From positions 20,460,001 through 20,524,000 of the forward strand of contig OZ024753.1 in NCBI GenBank assembly GCA_964016885.1: a DNA stretch of 64,000 nt, in the 5' to 3' direction. The notes under the pieces were generated by a model, which saw only the letters and a program-made list of their open reading frames with translations, did no database searches and was not told where the DNA came from. This DNA is from Eledone cirrhosa (taxonomy: Eukaryota). Numbering within the stretch: position 1 is the stretch's first letter; every line of letters begins with the position of its first letter. Of the stretch, positions 53,101 to 63,090 are shown in pieces. The translations under genes were made by a program, and so were the position numbers.

Positions 53101-54929
53101 AGGATATGTGTGTGTTGTGATACAGTATAGTGTCTGGGGAGTTGGGAAGGAACTGTGTTTGTTGTGATACAGTATAGTGTCTGGGGACTTGGGAATGATC
53201 TGTGTGTGTTGTGATACAGTGTAGTGTCTGGGGAGTTGGGAAGGATATGTGTATATTGTGATACAGTTTAGTGTCTGGGGAGTTGGGAAGGATCTGTGTG
53301 TTGGGATAAAGTGTAGTGTCTGGGGAATTGGGAAGGATGTGTGTGTGTTGTGATACATTGTAGAGTCTGGGGAGTTGGGAATGATCTGTGTGTTGGGAAA
53401 ATATAGATGTGTTGTTATACAGTGTAATGTCTGGGGAGTTGGGAAGGGTCTGTGTGTGGTGTGATACATTGTAGTGTCTTGGGAGTTGGAAAGGAGCTGT
53501 GTATGTTGTGATACAGTGTATTGTCTGCGGAGTTGGGAATGATGTGTGTGTGGTGTGATACATTGTAGAGTCTGGGGAGTTGGGAAGGATCTGTGTGTGT
53601 TGTGATACAGTGTAGTATCTGGGGAGTTGGTAAGTATCTGTGTGTTGTGATACAGTGTTTTGTCTGGGGATTTGAGAATGATCTGTGTGTTGTGTTACAG
53701 TGGAGTGTCTGGGGAGTTGGGAAGGATCTGTGTGTGTTGTGATACAGTATAGTGTCTGGGGTGTTGGGAAGGATCTGTGTGTGTTGTGATACAGTGTAGT
53801 GTCTGGGGTGTTGGGAAGGATCTGTGTGTGTTGTGATACAGTATAGTGTCTGGGGAGTTGGGAAGGATCTGTGTGTGTTGTGATACAGTATAGTGTCTTG
53901 GGTGTTGGGAAGGATCTGTGTGTGTTGTGATACAGTGTAGTGTCTGGGGAGTTGGGAGGGATCTGTGTGTGTTGTGATACAGTGTAGTGTCTGGGGAGTT
54001 GGGAAGGATCTGTGTGTGGTGTGATACAGTGTAGTGTCTGGAGAGTTGGGAAGGATCTGTGTGTGTTGTGATACAGTGTAGTGTCTGGGGAGTTGGGAAG
54101 CATCTGTGTGTGTTGTTATACAGTGTAGTGTCTGGGGAGTTGGGAAGGATCTGTGTGTGTTGTGATACAGTATAGTGTCTGGGGAGTTGGGAAGGATCTG
54201 TGTGTGGTGTGATACAGTGTAGTGTCTGGGGAGTTGGGAAGGATCTGTGTGTGTTGTGATACAGTGTAGTGTCTGGGGAGTTGGGAAGCATCTGTGTGTG
54301 TTGTGATACAGTGTAGTGTCTGGGGAGTTGGGAAGGATCTGTGTGTGTTGTGATACAGTATAGTATCTGGGGAGTTGGGAAGGATCTGTGTGTGTTGTGA
54401 TACAGTGTAGTGTCTGGGGTGTTGGGAAGGATCTGTGTGTGTTGTGATACAGTATAGTGTCTGGGGAGTTGGGAAGGATCTGTGTGTGTTGTGATACAGT
54501 ATAGTGTCTGGGGTGTTGGAAGGATCTGTGTGTGTTGTGATACAGTGTAGTGTCTGGGGAGTTGGGAAGGATCTGTGTGTGTTGTGATACAGTATAGTGT
54601 CTGGGGTGTTGGGAAGGATCTGTGTGTGTTGTGATACAGTATAGTGTCTGGGGAGTTGGGAAGGATCTGTGTGTGTTGTGATACAGTAGAGTGTCTAGGT
54701 AGTTGGGAAGGATCTGTGTGTGTTGTGATACAGTATAGTGTCTGGGGAGTTGTGAAGGAACTGTGTTTGTTGTGATACAGTGTAGTGTCTGGGGAGTTGG
54801 GAAGGAACTGTGTTTGTTGTGATACAGTGTAGTGTCTGGGGATTTGGGAATGATCTGTGTGTGTTGTGATGCAGTATAGTGTCTGGGGAGTTGGGAAGGA
54901 ACTGTGTTTGTTGTGATACAGTATAGTCT

Positions 54930-57900
54930 CTGGGGACTTGGGAATGATCTGTGTGTGTTGTGATACAGTGTAGTGTCTGGGGAGTTGGGAAGGATATGTG
55001 TATATTGTGATACAGTTTAGTGTCTGGGGAGTTGGGAAGGATCTGTGTGTTGGGATAAAGTGTAGTGTCTGGGGAGTTGGGAAGGATGTGTGTGTGTTGT
55101 GATACATTGTAGAGTCTGGGGAGTTGGGAATGATCTGTGTGTTGGGAAAATATAGATGTGTTGTTATACAGTGTAATGTCTGGGGAGTTGGGAAGGGTCT
55201 GTGTGTGGTGTGATACATTGTAGTGTCTTGGGAGTTGGAAAGGAGCTGTGTGTGTTGTGATACAGTGTATTGTCTGCGGAGTTGGGAATGATGTGTGTGT
55301 GGTGTGATACATTGTAGAGTCTGGGGAGTTGGGAAGGATCTGTGTGTGTTGCGATACAGTGTAGTATCTGGGGAGTTGGTAAGTATCTGTGTGTTGTGAT
55401 ACAGTGTATTGTCTGGGGATTTGAGAATGATCTGTGTGTGTTGTGTTACAGTGGAGTGTCTGGGGAGTTGGGAAGGGTATGTGTGTGGTGTGATACAGTG
55501 GAGTGTCTGGGGTGTTGGGAAGGATCTGTGTGTGTTGTGATACAGTGTAGTGTCTGTGGTGTTGGGAAGGATCTGTGTGTGTTGTGATACAGTGTAGTGT
55601 CTGGGTAGTTGGGAAGGATCTGGGTGCTGTGATACAGTATAGTGTGTGGGGAGTTGGGAAGCGTCTGTGTGTGTTGTGATACAGTGTAGTGTCTGGGTAG
55701 TTGGGAAGTATCTGTGTGTGTTGTGATACATAGTATTGTCGGGGGAGTTGGTAAGGATCTGTATGTGTTGTGATACATTGTAGTGACTTGGGAGTTGGGA
55801 AGGAGCTGTGTGTGTTGTGATACATTGTAGTATCTTGGGAGTTGGGAAGGAGCTGTGTGTGTTGTGATACATTGTAGTGTCTTGGGAGTTGGGAAGGAGC
55901 TGTGCGTGTTGATACAGTGTAGTGTCTTGGGAGTTGGGAAGGATGTGTTTGTGTTGTGATACATTGTAGAGTCTGGGGAGTTGGGAAGGGTCTGTTTGTA
56001 TTGTGATACAGTGTAGTGTCTGGGGAGTAGGGGATGATCTGAGTGCAGTGATACGGTGTAGTGTCTGGGGTGTTGGGAAGGATATATGTGTGTTGTGATA
56101 CAGTGTAGTGTCTGGGGAGTTGGGAGGGATCCGTGTTCGTTGTGATACAGTGTAGTGTCTGGGGAGTTGGGAAGGATCTGTGTGTGTTGTGATACAGTAT
56201 AGTGTCTGGGGTGTTGGGAAGGATCTGTGTGTGTTGTGATACAGTGTAGTGTCTGGGGTGTTGGGGAGGATCTGTGTGTGTTGTGATACAGTGTAGTGTC
56301 TGGGGTGTTGGGAAGGATTTGTGTGTGTTGTGATACAGTAGGGTGTCTGGGGAGTTGGGAAGGATCTGTGTGTGTTGTGATACAGTATAGTGTCTGGGGT
56401 GTTGGGAAGGATCTGTGTGTGTTGTGATACAGTATAGTGTCTGGGGAGTTGGGAAGGATCTGTGTGTGTTGTGATACAGTATAGTGTCTGGGGAGTTGGG
56501 AAGGATCTGTGTGTGTTGTGATACAGTATAGTGTCTGGGGTGTTGGGAAGGATCTGTGTGTGTTGTGATACAGTGTAGTGTCTGGGGTGTTGGGAAGGAT
56601 CTGTGTGTGTTGTGATACAGTGTAGTGTCTGGGGTGTTGGGAAGGATCTGTATGTGTTGTGATACAGTATAGTGTCTGGGGAGTTGGGAAGGATCTGTGT
56701 GTGTTGTGATACAGTATAGTGTCTGGGGTGTTGGGAAGGATCTGTGTGTGTTGTGATACAGTGTAGTGTCTGGGGAGTTGGGAAGGATCTGTGTGTGTTG
56801 TGATACAGTGTAGTGTCTGGGGAGTTGGGAAGGATCTGTGTGTGTTGTGATACAGTGTAGTGTCTGGGGAGTTGGGAAGGATATGTGTGTGTTGTGATAC
56901 AGTGTAGTGTCTGGGGAGTTGGGAAGGATCTGTGTGTGTTGTGATACAATATAGTGTCTGGGGTGTTGGGAAGGATCTGTGTGTGTTGTGATACAGTGTA
57001 GTGTCTGGGGTGTTGGGAAGGATCTGTGTGTGTTGTGATACAGTATAGTGTCTGTGGAGTTGGGAAGGATCTGTGTGTGTTGTGATTCAGTATAGTGTCT
57101 GGGGTGTTGGGAAGGATCTGTGTCTGTTGTGATACAGTGTAGTGTCTGGGGAGTTGGGAAGGATTTGTGTGTGTTGTGATACAGTGTAGTGTCTAGGGAG
57201 TTGGGAAGGATCTGTGTGTGTTGTGATACAGTATAGTGTCTGGGGAGTTCGGAAGGATCTGTGTGTGTTGTGATACAGTATAGTGTTTGGGGTGTTGGGA
57301 AGGATCTGTGTGTGTTGTGATACAGTGTAGTGTCTGGGGTGTTGGGAAGGATCTGTGTGTGTTGTGATACAGTGTAGTGTCTGGGGTGTTGGGAAGGATT
57401 TGTGTGTGTTGTGATACAGTGTAATGTCTGGGGAGTTGGGAAGGATCTGTGTGTGTTGTGATACAGTATAGTGTCTGGGGAGTTGGGAAGGATCTGTGTG
57501 TGTTGTGATACAGTATAGTGTCTTGGGTGTTGGGAAGGATCTGTGTGTGTTGTGATACAGTGTAGTGTCTGGGGAGTTGGGAAGGATCTGTGTGTGTTGT
57601 GATACAGTGTAGTGTCTGGGGAGTTGGGAAGGATCTGTGTGTGGTGTGATACAGTGTAGTGTCTGGGTAGTTGGGAAGGATCTGGGTGCTGTGATACAGT
57701 ATAGTGTGTGGGGAGTTGGGAAGCGTCTGTGTGTGTTGTGATACAGTGTAGTGTCTGGGTAGTTGGGAAGTATCTGTGTGTGTTGTGATACAGTATAGTG
57801 TCTTGGGTGTTGGGAAGGATCTGTGTGTGTTGTGATACAGTGTAGTGTCTGGGGAGTTGGGAAGGATCTGTGTGTGTTGTGATACAGTGTAGTGTCTGGG

Positions 57901-60900
57901 GAGTTGGGAAGGATCTGTGTGTGGTGTGATACAGTGTAGTGTCTGGAGAGTTGGGAAGGATCTGTGTGTGTTGTGATACAGTGTAGTGTCTGGGGAGTTG
58001 GGAAGGATCTGTGTGTGTTGTGATACAGTATAGTGTCTGGGGAGTTGGGAAGGATATGTGTGTGTTGTGATACAGTATAGTGTCTGGGGAGTTGGGAAGG
58101 ATCTGTGTGTGTTGTGATACAGTATAGTGTCTGGGGTGTTGGGAAGGATCTGTGTGTGTTGTGATACAGTGTAGTGTCTGGGGAGTTGGGAAGGATCTGT
58201 GTGTGTTGTGATACAATATAGTGTCTGGGGTGTTGGGAAGGATCTGTGTGTGTTGTGATACAGTGTAGTGTCTGGGGTGTTGGGAAGGATCTGTGTGTGT
58301 TGTGATACTGTATATTGTCTGGGGAGTTGGGAAGGATCTGTGTGTGTTGTGATTCAGTATAGTGTTTGGGGTGTTGGGAAGGATCTGTGTGTGTTGTGAT
58401 ACAGTGTAGTGTCTGGGGATTTGGGAAGGATCTGTGTGTGTTGTGATACAGTGTAGTGTCTGGGGGGTTAGGAAGGATCTGTGTGTGTTGTGATACAGTA
58501 TAGTGTCTGGGGAGTTGGGAAGGATCTGTGTGTGTTGTGATTCTGTATAGTGTCTGGGGAGTTCGGAAGGATCTGTGTGTGTTGTGATACAGTATAGTGT
58601 TTTTGGTGTTGGGAAGGATCTGTGTGTGTTGTGATACAGTGTAGTGTCTGGGGTGTTCGGAAGGATCTGTGCGTGTTGTGATACAGTGTAGTGTCTGGGG
58701 TGTTGGGAAGGATCTGTGTGTGTTGTGATACAGTGTAATGTCTGGGGAGTTGGGAAGGATCTGTGTGTGTTGTGATACAGTATAGTGTCTGGGGAGTTGG
58801 GAAGGATCTGTGTGTGTTGTGATACAGTATAGTGTCTTGGGTGTTGGGAAGGATCTGTGTGTGTTGTGATACAGTGTAGTGTCTGGGGAGTTGGGAAGGA
58901 TCTGTGTGAGTTGTGATACAGTGTAGTGTCTGGGGTGTTGGGAAGGATCTGTGTGTGGTGTGATACAGTGTAGTGTCTGGGTAGTTGGGAAGGATCTGGG
59001 TGCTGTGATACAGTATAGTGTGTGGGGAGTTGGGAAGCGTCTGTGTGTGTTGTGATACAGTGTAGTGTCTGGGTAGTTGGGAAGTATCTGTGTGTGTTGT
59101 GATACAGTATAGTGTCTTTGGTGTTGGGAAGGATCTGTGTGTGTTGTGATACAGTGTAGTGTCTGGGGAGTTGGGAAGGATCTGTGTGTGTTGTGATACA
59201 GTGTAGTGTCTGGGGAGTTGGGAAGGATCTGTGTGTGGTGTGATACAGTGTAGTGTCTGGAGAGTTGGGAAGGATCTGTGTGTGTTGTGATACAGTGTAG
59301 TGTCTGGGGAGTTGGGAAGGATCTGTGTGTGTTGTGATACAGTATAGTGTCTGGGGAGTTGGGAAGGATATGTGTGTGTTGTGATACAGTATAGTGTCTG
59401 GGGAGTTGGGAAGGATCTGTGTGTGTTGTGATACAGTATAGTGTCTGGGGTGTTGGGAAGGATCTGTGTGTGTTGTGATACAGTGTAGTGTCTGGGGAGT
59501 TGGGAAGGATCTGTGTGTGTTGTGATACAATATAGTGTCTGGGGTGTTGGGAAGGATCTGTGTGTGTTGTGATACAGTGTAGTGTCTGGGGTGTTGGGAA
59601 GGATCTGTGTGTGTTGTGATACAGTATAGTGTCTGGGGAGTTGGGAAGGATCTGTGTGTGTTGTGATTCAGTATAGTGTCTGGGGTGTTGGGAAGGATCT
59701 GTGTGTGTTGTGATACAGTGTAGTGTCTGGGGGTTTGGGAAGGATCTGTGTGTGTTGTGATACAGTGTAGTGTCTAGGTGGTTGGGAAGGATCTGTGTGT
59801 GTTGTGATACAGTATAGTGTCTGGGGTGTTGGGAAGTATCTGTGTGTGTTGTGATACAGTGTAGTGTCTGGGGTGTTGGGAAGGATCTGTGTGTGTTGTG
59901 ATACAGTATAGTGTCTGGGGTGTTGGGAAGGATCTGTGTGTGTTGTGATACAGTATAGTGTCTGGGGAGTTGGGAAGGATCTGTGTGTGTTGTGATACAG
60001 TAGAGTGTCTAGGGAGTTGGGAAGGATCTGTGTGTGTTGTGATACAGTATAGTGTCTGGGGAGTTGTGAAGGAACTGTGTTTGTTGTGATACAGTGTAGT
60101 GTCTTGGGAGTTGGGAAGGAACTGTGTTTGTCGTGATACAGTGTAGTGTCTGGGGATTTGGGAATGATCTGTGTGTGTTGTGATGCAGTATAGTGTCTGG
60201 GGAGTTGGGAAGGAACTGTGTTTGTTGTGATACAGTATAGTCTCTGGGGATTTAGGAATGATCTGTGTTTGTTGTGATACATTGTAGAGGCTGGGGAGTT
60301 GGCAAGAGTTTCTGTGTGTGTTGTGATACAGTGTAGTGTCTGGGGAGTTGGGAAGGATATGTGTGTTGTGATACAGTGTAGTATCTGGGGAGTTGGGAAG
60401 GATATGTGTGTGTTGTGATACAGTGTAGTGTCTGGGGAGTTGGGAAGGATATGTGTGTGTTGTGATACAGTATAGTGTCTGGGGAGTTGGGAAGGAACTG
60501 TGTTTGTTGTGATACAGTATAGTGTCTGGGGACTTGGGAATGATATGTGTGTGTTGTGATACAGTGTAGTGTCTGGGGAGTTGGGAAGGATATGTGTATA
60601 TTGTGATACAGTTTAGTGTCTGGGGAGTTGGGAAGGATCTGTGTGTTGGGATAAAGTGTAGTGTCTGGGGAGTTGGGAAGGATGTGTGTGTGTTGTGATA
60701 CATTGTAGAGTCTGGGGAGTTGGGAATGATCTGTGTGTTGGGAAAATATAGATGTGTTGTTATACAGTGTAATGTCTGGGGAGTTGGGAAGGGTCTGTGT
60801 GTGGTGTGATACATTGTAGTGTCTTGGGAGTTGGAAAGGAGCTGTGTGTGTTGTGATACAGTGTATTGTCTGCGGAGTTGGGAATGATGTGTGTGTGGTG

Positions 60901-63090
60901 TGATACAGTGTAGTGTCTGGGGAGTTGGGAAGGATCTGTGTGTGGTGTGATACAGTGTAGTGTCTGGAGAGTTGGGAAGGATCTGTGTGTGTTGTGATAC
61001 AGTGTAGTGTCTGGGGAGTTGGGAAGGATCTGTGTGTGTTGTGATACAGTATAGTGTCTGGGGTGTTGGGAAGGATCTGTGTGTGTTGTGATACAGTATA
61101 GTGTCTGGGGAGTTGGGAAGGATCTGTGTGTGTTGTGATACAGTAGAGTGTCTAGGTAGTTGGGAAGGATCTGTGTGTGTTGTGATACAGTATAGTGTCT
61201 GGGGAGTTGTGAAGGAACTGTGTTTGTTGTGATACAGTGTAGTGTCTGGGGAGTTGGGAAGGAACTGTGTTTGTTGTGATACAGTGTAGTGTCTGGGGAT
61301 TTGGGAATGATCTGTGTGTGTTGTGATGCAGTATAGTGTCTGGGGAGTTGGGAAGGAACTGTGTTTGTTGTGATACAGTATAGTCTCTGGGGATTTAGGA
61401 ATGATCTGTGTTTGTTGTGATACATTGTAGAGGCTGGGGAGTTGGCAAGAGTTTCTGTGTGTGTTGTGATACAGTGTAGTGTCTGGGGAGTTGGGAAGGA
61501 TATGTGTGTTGTGATACAGTGTAGTATCTGGGGAGTTGGGAAGGATATGTGTGTGTTGTGATACAGTGTAGTGTCTGGGGAGTTGGGAAGGATATGTGTG
61601 TGTTGTGATACAGTATAGTGTCTGGGGAGTTGGGAAGGAACTGTGTTTGTTGTGATACAGTATAGTGTCTGGGGACTTGGGAATGATCTGTGTGTGTTGT
61701 GATACAGTGTAGTGTCTGGGGAGTTGGGAAGGATATGTGTATATTGTGATACAGTTTAGTGTCTGGGGAGTTGGGAAGGATCTGTGTGTTGGGATAAAGT
61801 GTAGTGTCTGGGGAGTTGGGAAGGATGTGTGTGTGTTGTGATACATTGTAGAGTCTGGGGAGTTGGGAATGATCTGTGTGTTGGGAAAATATAGATGTGT
61901 TGTTATACAGTGTAATGTCTGGGGAGTTGGGAAGGGTCTGTGTGTGGTGTGATACATTGTAGTGTCTTGGGAGTTGGAAAGGAGCTGTGTGTGTTGTGAT
62001 ACAGTGTATTGTCTGCGGAGTTGGGAATGATGTGTGTGTGGTGTGATACATTGTAGAGTCTGGGGAGTTGGGAAGGATCTGTGTGTGTTGTGATACAGTG
62101 TAGTATCTGGGGAGTTGGTAAGTATCTGTGTGTTGTGATACAGTGTATTGTCTGGGGATTTGAGAATGATCTGTGTGTGTTGTGTTACAGTGGAGTGTCT
62201 GGGGAGTTGGGAAGGGTATGTGTGTGGTGTGATACAGTGTAGTGTCTGGGGTGTTGGGAAGGATCTGTGTGTGTTGTGATACAGTGTAGTGTCTGTGGTG
62301 TTGGGAAGGATCTGTGTGTGTTGTGATACAGTGTAGTGTCTGGGTAGTTGGGAAGGATCTCGGTGCTGTGATACAGTATAGTGTGTGGGGAGTTGGGAAG
62401 CGTCTGTGTGTGTTGTGATACAGTGTAGTGTCTGGGTAGTTGGGAAGTATCTGTGTGTGTTGTGATACATAGTATTGTCGGGGGAGTTGGTAAGGATCTG
62501 TATGTGTTGTGATACATTGTAGTGACTTGGGAGTTGGGAAGGAGCTGTGTGTGTTGTGATACATTGTAGTATCTTGGGAGTTGGGAAGGAGCTGTGTGTG
62601 TTGTGATACATTGTAGTGTCTTGGGAGTTGGGAAGGAGCTGTGCGTGTTGATACAGTGTAGTGTCTTGGGAGTTGGGAAGGATGTGTGTGTGTTGTGATA
62701 CATTGTAGAGTCTGGGGAGTTGGGAAGGGTCTGTTTGTATTGTGATACAGTGTAGTGTCTGGGGAGTAGGGGATGATCTGAGTGCAGTGATACGGTGTAG
62801 TGTCTGGGGTGTTGGGAAGGATATATGTGTGTTGTGATACAGTGTAGTGTCTGGGGAGTTGGGAGGGATCCGTGTTCGTTGTGATACAGTGTAGTGTCTG
62901 GGGAGTTGGGAAGGATCTGTGTGTGTTGTGATACAGTATAGTGTCTGGGGTGTTGGGAAGGATCTGTGTGTGTTGTGATACAGTGTAGTGTCTGGGGTGT
63001 TGGGGAGGATCTGTGTGTGTTGTGATACAGTGTAGTGTCTGGGGTGTTGGGAAGGATTTGTGTGTGTTGTGATACAGTAGGGTGTCTGGG
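54930..63090 (+). repeat. Duplicated divergent block ~54.9-56.35 kb / ~61.7-63.1 kb, offset 6739 bp
   Basis: The 64-bp fusion unit lies at 55116/61855 and GAGTGCAGTG at 56041/62780, with the same ordered degenerate monomers in between. Confidence 0.85.
56900..59800 (+). repeat. Local higher-order repeat of 27-28 monomers (1267-1314 bp), two copies plus a partial third
   Basis: GATACAATATAG at 56943, 58210 and 59524, and CTGGGTGCTGTG at 57682 and 58996. Confidence 0.75.

Noticed and set aside
55342-55587. 81-aa + strand ORF
   Set aside because: Chance loss of the usual TGA/TAG stops in degenerate monomers. The product is a low-complexity Val/Cys/Gly translation of the satellite.
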